Source: a virus
Lineage: Duplodnaviria; Heunggongvirae; Uroviricota; Caudoviricetes
DNA: 64,000 nt
Strand: one strand, 5' to 3'
Virus record (IMG/VR): IMGVR_UViG_3300033074_000580
Span: 159,270-223,269 of that record
How positions within the stretch are numbered: the stretch's first letter is position 1; the number at the start of each line of letters is the position of its first letter. Below are positions 55,504 to 64,000 of this stretch, in pieces. A program made the translations under genes and the position numbers. The notes beneath the pieces were generated by a model. It saw only the letters and a program-made list of their open reading frames with translations. It made no database searches and was not told the origin of the DNA.

Positions 55504-55798
55504 AATCTCCTGTTGTTCTTCTTAATAATCTATCCACTTCGTCTTCTTTTTCTTTCAATTCGACAATTCTCATATACCAACCCTTCTTATCCGCATCTGG
55601 CTTTTCTACTTTTACGTTTTTATCAAACCATTTACTAAACCAAGTTCCTTTGTATACTAATACTTGACATCTCTCATCAAATTCATTTGCATCATCTTGG
55701 TCTAATAAACCTTCACCGACTAATTTTTGTAATATTAGTTCTTTTACTTTTTGGTAGTTAGACATATCGGTTTCTAACTGTAATAATTGTGCGTCCAT
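55493..55798 (-). CDS. hypothetical protein (101 aa)
   Basis: ORF track. Confidence 0.45.
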   Translation of the reverse strand: MDAQLLQLETDMSNYQKVKELILQKLVGEGLLDQDDANEFDERCQVLVYKGTWFSKWFDKNVKVEKPDADKKGWYMRIVELKEKEDEVDRLLRRTTGDYDE

Positions 55799-55810
55799 AT
55801 TTAATTTTAT

Positions 55811-56410
55811 TTAGTCTACATCATTTAATGTCCAAAGTTGCACGGTTAATGCCTTCCCTCTTGTATCTTGAAAATCAAAGTCAATCTCTAATTCTGTTCC
55901 TTTAAAGAATACTTTATCGACAAAGTCCCAATCACCATCGGGTGTATCGATTGAACCTCTAATATATGAGAAATCTTTGGCTGTAGGTATTTCTTCAGAT
56001 TCTAAATTAAAACCGTAAACAATTCCTTTATTTTCCTCAAAGAAAAGTAGAATGTTTTCATCACCATCTTCTTCAGGGTAACCATTTAAATTTCTACCTT
56101 CATAATCTTCAACGACTTCATAATGGTCAGTCATATCATCCAACTTGAATGTACCGACGGTTTCACCATTCTCATCTTCGATTATGAATTCCAATCTATC
56201 ATTATCCATTGGAACATCAATAACCCACATGTTGGTACTGAATGGTTCATATCCATCAACAACAGTTTCGATATCCCAAGCCATTTCACTAAGTTCATCG
56301 TGACCGTTTTCTTCTTGATATTCTCGAAGGTCTTCAACCTGTTCATTGGTGAGTGAATGTGCCGATGCGTTTAGTTCCCACCCGTGTACTTTTAATTTGT
56401 AGTTTGCCAT
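55811..56410 (-). CDS. hypothetical acidic protein (199 aa)
   Basis: trimmed to ATG MANYKLK; removes the 113-nt overlap with the upstream gene. Confidence 0.5.
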   Translation of the reverse strand: MANYKLKVHGWELNASAHSLTNEQVEDLREYQEENGHDELSEMAWDIETVVDGYEPFSTNMWVIDVPMDNDRLEFIIEDENGETVGTFKLDDMTDHYEVVEDYEGRNLNGYPEEDGDENILLFFEENKGIVYGFNLESEEIPTAKDFSYIRGSIDTPDGDWDFVDKVFFKGTELEIDFDFQDTRGKALTVQLWTLNDVD

Positions 56411-56414
56411 ATTA

Positions 56415-57014
56415 CTAAATTGATTCATATTCAATTTCACCATAATCATAATAGTCGTTATCGTCATTATTAACAACACCTTCTTGCCACGGGTCTTCCT
56501 CAACCATTTTGATTGCCTCACATGCACTTCTTGCGGTTACAGTATATGTCCAAGATTGTGTAAGTGGTTGTTCTGCTTTAATTGTAAATTCATGATATTC
56601 ATCATCTTCTTCATCACCACAATCATCCAAATCATAATCAACAACTTCTTTAACTGGTTTAAGTGGTCGCTTGAATTCGTCAATTGCCTCCATCAATCTA
56701 TTTCTAATTGAAATTAGTTGTTCCAAATCAAGAGACATAAATTCGAAGTTACCAACAGCGGTACATAGCTTGATTGAAACACTTGGGACTTGTCCTTTGG
56801 ATTCATCATCATCGTTTGATAAATCTACATAGAAACTATCTAATCTACCAAATTCAACGGTGTCAACTTTAGGTGAAGTATATTTTATTGTCCATTCATC
56901 CGGATTAGTCGCCTCCATTGTCATAAACTCAAGTTCTAAATCCGATAATGTTTTCATTGCATCAGAATATCTTTTCTCAAAATCCTTCTGCCATTTTTTA
57001 GTGAACTTTGCCAT
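56415..57014 (-). CDS. hypothetical acidic protein (199 aa)
   Basis: ORF track. Confidence 0.5.
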   Translation of the reverse strand: MAKFTKKWQKDFEKRYSDAMKTLSDLELEFMTMEATNPDEWTIKYTSPKVDTVEFGRLDSFYVDLSNDDDESKGQVPSVSIKLCTAVGNFEFMSLDLEQLISIRNRLMEAIDEFKRPLKPVKEVVDYDLDDCGDEEDDEYHEFTIKAEQPLTQSWTYTVTARSACEAIKMVEEDPWQEGVVNNDDNDYYDYGEIEYESI

Positions 57015-57019
57015 GTTGT

Positions 57020-57190
57020 TTATTTTTTAGGTTTTTTAAAATAGTCTAATATTATATTAAACGACCCAAGACTTATTGCACCCCACCCAAAATAATTAAC
57101 TAAATTAGGGTCGGCACCTCTAAGTCCATATTTTTCAACCAATATACCCGTGACTATCATCATCACGTAAATTATCTGTCTTAGTTTCAT
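57020..57190 (-). CDS. small hydrophobic protein (56 aa)
   Basis: manually read ATG ORF MKLRQIIYVMMIVTGILVEKYG... Confidence 0.3.
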   Translation of the reverse strand: MKLRQIIYVMMIVTGILVEKYGLRGADPNLVNYFGWGAISLGSFNIILDYFKKPKK

Positions 57191-57246
57191 TTCCTTTTTT
57201 TCACTAATATAGTAAATTTATATTAAAATTCCAAATAATTATCAAT

Positions 57247-57609
57247 ATGGTTCATATTAACAACAAAACATTTCCCGCCGAATATTTATCAACCGATGAA
57301 GAAATTGAAAAGGGAATGATGGGTAGAGATTCATTAGAAGGATGTATGGTTTTTAAAATGGGTAAAGGACATCATTCATTTTGGATGAAAAATTGTCTCA
57401 TACCCCTTGATATTGTGTTTGTTACAAATAATCGTATTAGCCGAATACACCCTAACTGTCCCGCACCAAATCCACGTCAAATGACTTTACCAAGATATAC
57501 CGGAATCGGTGACCATGTTATAGAGTTTCCCGCCGGAACATCTAATGGTTGGAAAGTTGGAGATAAGGTTGCCATGTACTTAGGTACTCCTCAAAATCCA
57601 GTTAGATAG
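57247..57609 (+). CDS. DUF192-domain protein
   Basis: 'GMMGRDSLEGCMVFKMGKGHHSFWMKNCLIPLDIVFV' matches the DUF192/COG1430 pattern. Confidence 0.6.
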   Translation: MVHINNKTFPAEYLSTDEEIEKGMMGRDSLEGCMVFKMGKGHHSFWMKNCLIPLDIVFVTNNRISRIHPNCPAPNPRQMTLPRYTGIGDHVIEFPAGTSNGWKVGDKVAMYLGTPQNPVR

Positions 57610-58348
57610 TTTCATTAAATTGGTATTCAATACTGTAATCTTCATTCCTTATCTTATTTAAAAAAACATCGTAAAGGGTGTCGTGAAATTTTTTCGATGG
57701 GTGAGCCAAATCTCTTGCAAGTTTATCATACCTATCAGGAAAATAACCCAAATGATAATAGTTACATCCTATTTTATTTGCTAAATTTTTAATTGAATTA
57801 ACATATGTGATATACAATAAATTAAGTTGTTCATTGTCAATTAAGTACTTAGAATATAATTCTTCATGTTCTTTATCATGTATACTTATTATTCTTGGTT
57901 TTCCATCAATAAAAAATTCATACCTCGGTAGTATCGGTGCGAAATGAAAAATATTTTTAATTTTCAATTCTTCATGAAAACCATATAATATTCTAAATTG
58001 ACTCATAATACTTGACCCACCTAATGATAGGTTCCAAAATTTTCCACCGATAGTCTGATTTAATTTATACGCCCACGTATCTTCGAGATGTAATCCAATA
58101 CCCATAGTGAAACTACAACCCAAATAAACATTACCTTCTTCATTTATATTAAAATCATCCGCCGTTCTGAATCCATTATTATTGAATTGATATTCGATTG
58201 GATTATTCAAATAATAATTTAAAGTTTCATTAGACGGGTCATTTTTGAGGTTATCATAAAATCTTTCCTTCGTATCCATGGGACACCAAAGTAATGTTTT
58301 ATTTTTAGGGTAAAAACTATATTTGTATTTATTGTTCATCCTCAACAA
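57602..58348 (-). CDS. hypothetical protein (248 aa)
   Basis: ORF track. Confidence 0.5.
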   Translation of the reverse strand: MLRMNNKYKYSFYPKNKTLLWCPMDTKERFYDNLKNDPSNETLNYYLNNPIEYQFNNNGFRTADDFNINEEGNVYLGCSFTMGIGLHLEDTWAYKLNQTIGGKFWNLSLGGSSIMSQFRILYGFHEELKIKNIFHFAPILPRYEFFIDGKPRIISIHDKEHEELYSKYLIDNEQLNLLYITYVNSIKNLANKIGCNYYHLGYFPDRYDKLARDLAHPSKKFHDTLYDVFLNKIRNEDYSIEYQFNETI

Positions 58349-59012
58349 TACACGTATTTATATAATCGTATTTAACTTTTGGTTTTACTTTTTCAAATAC
58401 CCAAAAATAAGAATGATATTTTCTTGCATGATATTGTTTAGTCCATTTTGTACCGTTAAAGGCATTGACTCTAACATTTGAAGTTAATACAAATAAATCT
58501 CTTGGGTAAAATCCAATTCTATATGCCATGTTCATAACCATGACGTGACTGAAATATTGTTTACCTCCCGATACGGTATCTTGACATTTCATCACAACAA
58601 AACCACCATCTTCGGTAATTCTATACAATTCTTTCAATGTGTTATTGTAGTTTGATTTTAAATCCTCGTAAGTTCCATACCCCTCAAATCTTTTTGCAAT
58701 AATAGAACTACCTTCTTTACCGTTTCTGTGACTATTACCACTACCAACAATAACAAATGGTGGGTCCCACATAATACTTTTCATTGAATTGTTTTCAAAC
58801 GGCAAATTTTCTGAGTTGGCTTCGATTACCGATTCATTTATAGGATATAAATCTGTTTTGTGTTTTGGACCATTTAAATCTTTCCAAAAATTACCTTTGG
58901 AATATGTACAATCCAAATCAAACTGTTCTATACCATATAATTCCATTATGTTTTTAATTGTTTCATAATTGGATCCGTACACACTTTTTACCGGCTTAAA
59001 GTCTTTTTCCAT
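58329..59012 (-). CDS. hypothetical protein with DPPF motif (possible amino-methyltransferase-like)
   Basis: 'IMWDPPFV' resembles motif IV of N6A/N4C methyltransferases; no clear SAM motif I found. Confidence 0.4.
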   Translation of the reverse strand: MEKDFKPVKSVYGSNYETIKNIMELYGIEQFDLDCTYSKGNFWKDLNGPKHKTDLYPINESVIEANSENLPFENNSMKSIMWDPPFVIVGSGNSHRNGKEGSSIIAKRFEGYGTYEDLKSNYNNTLKELYRITEDGGFVVMKCQDTVSGGKQYFSHVMVMNMAYRIGFYPRDLFVLTSNVRVNAFNGTKWTKQYHARKYHSYFWVFEKVKPKVKYDYINTCIVEDEQ

Positions 59013-59100
59013 TGATTTTTATTTTCTTTTTGTTTACATTTAATCAAAGTATAAGAAATAAAAACTAATAAACCAAAATATTTATAAAAAAAGAAACATT

Positions 59101-59247
59101 ATGGGATGCGGATGTAAAAAAAGAAATCAGGATACAGCAACAGAACCAGTACCTTTAACAATTAAAATTACCGAACAACAAACACCGGTACCTACACAAC
59201 CAGCACCTGTTCAGGAGCAAACTACAACAGATAATACTAACCAATAA
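59101..59247 (+). CDS. small Cys-rich / Pro-Thr-Gln-rich protein (48 aa)
   Basis: manually read MGCGCKKRNQ...; followed by terminator hairpin 59255-59293. Confidence 0.25.
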   Translation: MGCGCKKRNQDTATEPVPLTIKITEQQTPVPTQPAPVQEQTTTDNTNQ

Positions 59248-59254
59248 TAAAAAA

Positions 59255-59293
59255 ATATCGGGCAGAAATATAGATTTTGTCCGATATTTTTTG
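59255..59293 (+). terminator. rho-independent terminator
   Basis: ATATCGGgcagaaatatagattttgtCCGATAT followed by T6. Confidence 0.65.
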
Positions 59294-59328
59294 TATACTT
59301 AGTATATATAAATGTATAAACATATATA

Positions 59329-59526
59329 ATGAAAATAGAGAAGAAGCTAACGAGTGTTCATATATTGGACGACGTTTATAAGAAATTCAAGGTTAATGCC
59401 ATTGATGGTACAATTAACTTACAAAAATTAGTTAACAGGTCATTAGACTTGTATAATAAAGACGAATCTTTTAGAGAAAAGATAGATAATCACACTGGTT
59501 TAGCTGTGAGTGGTTCAAAGTATTGA
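59329..59526 (+). CDS. hypothetical protein (65 aa)
   Basis: ORF track. Confidence 0.4.
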   Translation: MKIEKKLTSVHILDDVYKKFKVNAIDGTINLQKLVNRSLDLYNKDESFREKIDNHTGLAVSGSKY

Positions 59527-59530
59527 TTTA

Positions 59531-60892
59531 ATGAAGAAGAAAAAAATATTATTATTATCTGACGATTTGCGAATGACGTCAGGTATTGCCACCATGTCTA
59601 AAGAAATCGTATTGGGTACAATTGACAAATACGACTGGGTTCAATTAGGTGGGGCAATTAAACATCCTGAATTTGGAAAAGTTGTTGATATAAATGACGA
59701 TGTTAGAAAGAGAACGGGTGTTGAGGATGCTAATTTAAAAATAATTCCATATAATGGTTATGGTGATATTGGTATTCTTAGAAAATTATTATTAGAAGAA
59801 AAACCAGATGCTATTTTACATTTCACCGACCCACATTATTGGCAATGGTTATATGATAATGAACATGAAATAAGACAAGTATGTCCAATACTTTATTATC
59901 ACATATGGGATAACTTACCAGACCCAAAATATAATAGAGATTTCTATGAAAGTTGTGATTGGATTGGTTGTATATCTAAACAAACATATGGTATTGTTCA
60001 TAGAGTTGGTAAAATGACTGATGAACCAACATATAAACCTTTAGAAGATTGGCAGATTAGTTATGTTCCACACGGAATAAATCCTGAGGTGTTCAAACCG
60101 ATTGATAAAATTTCAGATGAATTCGATAAGTTTTTGTTTTCAAAAAAGAAATATGAATTCATTTTATTTTACAACAATAGAAACATAAGAAGAAAACAAC
60201 CAAGTGATGTGATATATTCATATAAATTGTTTTGTGACATGTTACCGAAGGAAGAATCTGATAAATGTCTATTGTTAATGCACACCGCACCAGTTGACGA
60301 TAATGGTACAGATTTAAATGCAGTTAAAGATACTTTATGTCCTGACTACGATGTTAAATTTACCAACATTAAATTAGAACAGGATAAATTAAATGAATTA
60401 TATAACGCATCTGATTGCACAATAAACATTGCAAACAATGAAGGTTTCGGTTTAACCACAGTCGAAAGTCTAATGGCCGGAACACCAATCATTGTAAATG
60501 TAACAGGAGGTTTACAAGACCAATGTGGTTTTAATTACACCGCAGACAATTACATTACATTTGGTTCACTTCATATTAAAAAAGACCACGGGTCAACAAA
60601 ACATGGTGAATGGGTTAAACCAGTATGGTCAGTTGCAAATAACATAAATGGTTCGGTACCAACACCTTATATTTTTGATGATAGAGTAAACGATTATGAT
60701 GTTGCACAAGCAATTAGTGAAGTTTATTCATGGGGTAAAGAGGGTAGAAAAGAAAGAGGATTAAAGGGTCGTGAATTTGCAATTGAGAACTTCTCATCAA
60801 AAGTGATGTGTGATAAAATGGTTGAGGGAATTGAAACCGCATTGATGAATTATAAACCAAGAGAAAAATTTAATTTATATAAGTTAGTATGA
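59531..60892 (+). CDS. glycosyltransferase family 4 (GT-B)
   Basis: 'NNEGFGLTTVESLMAGTPIIV' E-x7-E motif; start trimmed to MKKKKILLL. Confidence 0.8.
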   Translation: MKKKKILLLSDDLRMTSGIATMSKEIVLGTIDKYDWVQLGGAIKHPEFGKVVDINDDVRKRTGVEDANLKIIPYNGYGDIGILRKLLLEEKPDAILHFTDPHYWQWLYDNEHEIRQVCPILYYHIWDNLPDPKYNRDFYESCDWIGCISKQTYGIVHRVGKMTDEPTYKPLEDWQISYVPHGINPEVFKPIDKISDEFDKFLFSKKKYEFILFYNNRNIRRKQPSDVIYSYKLFCDMLPKEESDKCLLLMHTAPVDDNGTDLNAVKDTLCPDYDVKFTNIKLEQDKLNELYNASDCTINIANNEGFGLTTVESLMAGTPIIVNVTGGLQDQCGFNYTADNYITFGSLHIKKDHGSTKHGEWVKPVWSVANNINGSVPTPYIFDDRVNDYDVAQAISEVYSWGKEGRKERGLKGREFAIENFSSKVMCDKMVEGIETALMNYKPREKFNLYKLV

Positions 60893-62145
60893 ACAAACCA
60901 ACATTATTATTTAGAGGACCAGTAAAAACGAGAAGTGGGTACGGTGCACATTCAAGAGATTTATTACAAGCATTGTATGAGATGGATTTGTTTGATATTA
61001 AAATTGATAGTTGTATGTGGGGAACCACACCAATGACCGCATTGGAAAGTGATAATACATTTCACAAATGGATTGAATCGAACATTGTAACAGTTAATTT
61101 AAATCAGACACCCGAACTTTATATTCAAGTCACAGTACCAAATGAATTTCAAAGAGTTGGTAAATTTAACATAGGAATTACTGCGGGTATTGAAACAACA
61201 ATTGCACCAAAAGATTGGGTTGATGGTTGTAATAGAATGGATATGATAATCACCACATCAACATTTTCTAAGGATGTATTATTACAAACTGTTTATAATG
61301 AAAATGAAAAGAATACTGGAAAATTAGTTAAACAACATAGAATCGAAAAACCTATTGAAGTATTGTTTGAAGGTGTTAATACTAATGTTTATAACAACAT
61401 TAAAAATGATGACTTTAAATTAGATATTTTGGAAGATTTTGCGTATCTTTTTGTTGGTCATTGGTTAAAAGGTGATTTAGGACAAGACAGAAAAGATGTG
61501 GGTATGTTGATTAAATGTTTTGCAAGTGCGTTTAAGGATAGTGAAGATAAACCCGCATTAGTTTTAAAAACATCGTCCGCAGGATTTTCAATAAAAGAAA
61601 GAGAATCTTTCAGAAAGAAAATTCAAGGATTAGTTAGTGATATACCAAATCCACCTTCCATTTATTTGTTATTTGGTGAATTATCAGATAGTGAAATGAA
61701 TGACCTATATAACCACCCAAAAATTAAATCAATGGTATCAATAACAAAAGGTGAAGGGTTTGGTAGACCATTGTTAGAGTTTTCAATGACGGGTAAACCA
61801 ATAGTTGCATCTAACTGGTCGGGACATAAAGATTTTTTACCTATGGATAAGGCAATTATGGTTGGAGGTAAATTGACAGATGTTCACGATAGTGCAATTG
61901 ATTCATTTATAATAAAAGGTTCCAAATGGTTTACTGCAAATTATGGTGAAGTTGTTGAGGTATTAAAATTAGTTAAGAAAGATTATGATATGTTTATAAA
62001 AAAATCTGAAGTTTTGAGAGAAGAGAATGTTAATAATTTTTCAATGGAAAAAATGAAAGATAAGTTTAAATCAATAATCTTGCCGTTTATGGTTATTCCA
62101 CAAGAAACTAAATTAGTTTTACCTAAATTAAATAAAATTAAGTAG
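60889..62145 (+). CDS. glycosyltransferase family 4-like (GT-B)
   Basis: 'KGEGFGRPLLEFSMTGKPIVAS'. Confidence 0.75.
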   Translation: MNKPTLLFRGPVKTRSGYGAHSRDLLQALYEMDLFDIKIDSCMWGTTPMTALESDNTFHKWIESNIVTVNLNQTPELYIQVTVPNEFQRVGKFNIGITAGIETTIAPKDWVDGCNRMDMIITTSTFSKDVLLQTVYNENEKNTGKLVKQHRIEKPIEVLFEGVNTNVYNNIKNDDFKLDILEDFAYLFVGHWLKGDLGQDRKDVGMLIKCFASAFKDSEDKPALVLKTSSAGFSIKERESFRKKIQGLVSDIPNPPSIYLLFGELSDSEMNDLYNHPKIKSMVSITKGEGFGRPLLEFSMTGKPIVASNWSGHKDFLPMDKAIMVGGKLTDVHDSAIDSFIIKGSKWFTANYGEVVEVLKLVKKDYDMFIKKSEVLREENVNNFSMEKMKDKFKSIILPFMVIPQETKLVLPKLNKIK

Positions 62146-62147
62146 AG

Positions 62148-62411
62148 ATGGCTAAGTCAAGAAAAAAGAAAATTGAAACTCCTGAGGTTGAATTTGACCT
62201 TAATGTTCCTGAAATTGAATATTATACTCCGTGTGAGTGGATGATTCAATTTGACGATGATGAACCTCAATTGTTTGCACAATCAGACGATAATTCAACC
62301 AATCATGAAGTTGTAATTAAATTACAAAACACAAACCAATCGTTTATAACTTTTACCAATAGTGAAAATGGTAAGACTTTTAAAATGTGGGCAAGACCCA
62401 AACAAAAATGA
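62148..62411 (+). CDS. hypothetical protein (87 aa), tandem paralog
   Basis: 'QFDDDEP' block shared with the next gene. Confidence 0.4.
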   Translation: MAKSRKKKIETPEVEFDLNVPEIEYYTPCEWMIQFDDDEPQLFAQSDDNSTNHEVVIKLQNTNQSFITFTNSENGKTFKMWARPKQK

Positions 62412-62665
62412 GTTTTAAATTTTTAAGAGGTGATGAAGATATATTTTTAAGATTGGAACCAATGCAGGTATTATCTTTAAGACAAAACACACCTCACACA
62501 AATAATGAATATTGTTTTCAATTCGATGACGATGAACCTCACGTGTTTGGTACGGGTCATGATACATTAACTATGACAATACAACCAACAACCGGTGGGA
62601 ACATAACATTCGAACATAATGGTAGAAGATTTAAAATATTTGCGAGGGAAAGAATAAATGAATAG
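62408..62665 (+). CDS. hypothetical protein (85 aa), tandem paralog
   Basis: ATGA overlap; trimmed to MSFKFLRG. Confidence 0.4.
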   Translation: MSFKFLRGDEDIFLRLEPMQVLSLRQNTPHTNNEYCFQFDDDEPHVFGTGHDTLTMTIQPTTGGNITFEHNGRRFKIFARERINE

Positions 62666-62885
62666 TTTTAAATTTTTTCGTGGCTTTGTTGTTGATGTTG
62701 AAACGGAATTAACGAATATGTTATCCGAACAAATTGCGAGAGAAATTGATAATAATATTATTGATGAATTAACCAGAAGAATAAACGATGGTGTACCATC
62801 AATATTTGAAGGTAGAATACAACGTTTAAATACTAATTTAGAATATTTTAATCGTTGGATGGACATAGGAGGACAAAGAGCATGA
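62658..62885 (+). CDS. hypothetical protein (75 aa)
   Basis: ORF track. Confidence 0.35.
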   Translation: MNSFKFFRGFVVDVETELTNMLSEQIAREIDNNIIDELTRRINDGVPSIFEGRIQRLNTNLEYFNRWMDIGGQRA

Positions 62886-62972
62886 GATGTGAAAGACACA
62901 GTTGGGATTCTAAAGACGCTGAGTGGTGTTGGAGATGTGAAGAATTAACGATAGAAGAAAATAAACGAAAAT

Positions 62973-63593
62973 ATGAAGATAAGTTACGCAATAACAATTT
63001 GCAACGAATTGACGGAAATAAGGAGATTAGTCCCGTTTTTATTGGATTACAAGAGACCTCAGGACGAAATAGTGATTCTATATGATAACACAAATGGAGA
63101 CCCTGACGTATTAAATTTTCTATTACCGTATAATAAACTACCAAATGTTCAAACTTGGAGATGTTTTGATTGGAATGATAATTTTGCCGATTTTAAAAAC
63201 ATATTAAACGGTTATTGTACTGGTGATTATATCTATCAAATTGACGCAGATGAGATGATTAGTCAATATATGGTTGAGAATTTACATAACATTCTTGAAA
63301 TGAACCCAAACGTAGACTTAATCTTTGTACCCCGTATTAACACAGTAGATGGGATAACACAAGAACATATCGACACTTGGAGATGGAACATAAATGAAAA
63401 GGGTTGGATAAATTTTCCCGATAGACAAGGTAGAATTTATAAGAAACATCTTAGATGGTATGGTAAAGTTCATGAAAGGATTATAGGCGGTAGTAAATTT
63501 GCCTCCTTACCTGATGACGAAGAATATTGTATTCAACATCACAAAACAATACAAAGACAAGAAAAACAAAACAAATATTACGGAACAATATGA
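62973..63593 (+). CDS. glycosyltransferase family 2-like
   Basis: 'ISYAITICNE' N-terminus and 'YQIDADEMI' DxD-like motif. Confidence 0.55.
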   Translation: MKISYAITICNELTEIRRLVPFLLDYKRPQDEIVILYDNTNGDPDVLNFLLPYNKLPNVQTWRCFDWNDNFADFKNILNGYCTGDYIYQIDADEMISQYMVENLHNILEMNPNVDLIFVPRINTVDGITQEHIDTWRWNINEKGWINFPDRQGRIYKKHLRWYGKVHERIIGGSKFASLPDDEEYCIQHHKTIQRQEKQNKYYGTI

Positions 63594-64000
63594 TAATAAA
63601 TAAACTAATAATCGATTCATCAGATTCAATTACTGATTTATGTAAGTTGGGTGTAAAATATCCAACAGATAAATCTCCATATGTTGTTCATGATGGACAT
63701 AGACATCCATACATGGCGGTATATGATATGTTATTTATGTCATTACGATACAAACCAATTAAATTTGCTGAAGGCGGTATTGCCGAAAATATGTCAATGA
63801 AGTGTTGGAGGGAATACTTCCCATATGCCGAGTTACATGGATTTGAATATGACCAAACATACATGAATAAAGCAATTAGTGATAATTTAGAAAACACTAC
63901 ATATCATTTCATGGATGTTAATAAATCCGAGTCAATTGAAGAGTGTTTACAATCGACTGGTGGTGGATTTGATGTGATAATTGATGATATGATACATGAT
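63590..64000 (+). CDS. SAM-dependent methyltransferase-like protein (partial; runs off the window)
   Basis: manually read ORF MIINKLII...; 'FAEGGIAENMSM' glycine-rich loop and acidic 'VIIDDMIHD'. Confidence 0.35.
   Translation, partial: MIINKLIIDSSDSITDLCKLGVKYPTDKSPYVVHDGHRHPYMAVYDMLFMSLRYKPIKFAEGGIAENMSMKCWREYFPYAELHGFEYDQTYMNKAISDNLENTTYHFMDVNKSESIEECLQSTGGGFDVIIDDMIHD

Noticed and set aside
55811-56527. 113-nt overlap between ORFs 55811..56527 and 56415..57014
   Set aside because: Resolved by starting the downstream gene at ATG 56410 (MANYKLK), 4 nt after the upstream stop.
62855-63085. ORF 62855..63085 (+) overlapping the GT2 gene start
   Set aside because: Different frame from the GT2-like gene, whose N-terminus (ISYAITICNE) is typical; kept only the GT2 call.
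1-64000. CRISPR array, reverse transcriptase/DGR, integrase or attachment sites
   Set aside because: No regularly spaced direct repeats, no YxDD-containing ORF and no tyrosine/serine recombinase were found; the only AP2-like fold is a 60-aa stand-alone ORF.

Overview
AT-rich (about one-third GC) phage-like genome segment with rho-independent terminators and promoters matching the Bacteroidota sigma-A consensus (TTTG, N19-21, TAnnTTTG), which points to a Bacteroidota host. No ribosomal, tRNA, CRISPR, integrase or reverse-transcriptase genes were recognised. The window splits into three transcription blocks.

Plus-strand block, 1-14440: about 29 small, mostly unrecognisable genes. Most are separated by a stereotyped intergenic module made of a terminator hairpin, a GATC-rich patch, an AAAACTTTACTGGATT element (often paired with its inverse TCCAGTAAA) and the promoter. 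Only a DUF932-family protein was recognised among them; tentative DUF1281-like and AP2-like calls are flagged low confidence.

Minus-strand block, 15452-59012: about 85 genes. Recognisable products are:
- two HNH homing endonucleases;
- two SGNH/GDSL hydrolases, a sulfotransferase, a sugar nucleotidyltransferase and a FeoA-like protein;
- a DnaA C-terminal-domain protein;
- a 5'(3')-deoxyribonucleotidase, an SPFH/band-7 protein and a macro-domain protein;
- a metallophosphoesterase and a 715-aa B12-binding radical SAM enzyme;
- an M15/peptidoglycan-binding endolysin and an NlpC/P60 peptidase;
- a HAD phosphatase and a HExxH protein;
- two C5-cytosine DNA methyltransferases plus a DPPF-motif methyltransferase-like protein;
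- an IscA-type Fe-S assembly protein;
- a ThyA-family thymidylate synthase.
A DUF192 protein (57247-57609) lies on the plus strand between two minus-strand genes.

Second plus-strand block, 59329-64000: two GT4 and one GT2 glycosyltransferases and a partial SAM-methyltransferase-like gene.

No terminase, portal, capsid, tail or DNA polymerase gene was recognised anywhere in the 64 kb, so this looks like an accessory or early arm of a larger phage genome.

The most unusual signals are:
- a roughly 0.9-kb GC-rich, hairpin-dense, ORF-free repeat array at the convergent junction (14441-15360);
- four clustered minus-strand genes that share a conserved N-terminal peptide MKPFKFFQ;
- the heavily over-represented, polar TTTACTGGA motif system of the early region;
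- a gene (8885-9643) flanked by ~110-bp direct repeats with a GC-rich core;
- a dispersed radical-SAM/Fe-S/glycan/anti-defence-like enzyme set.
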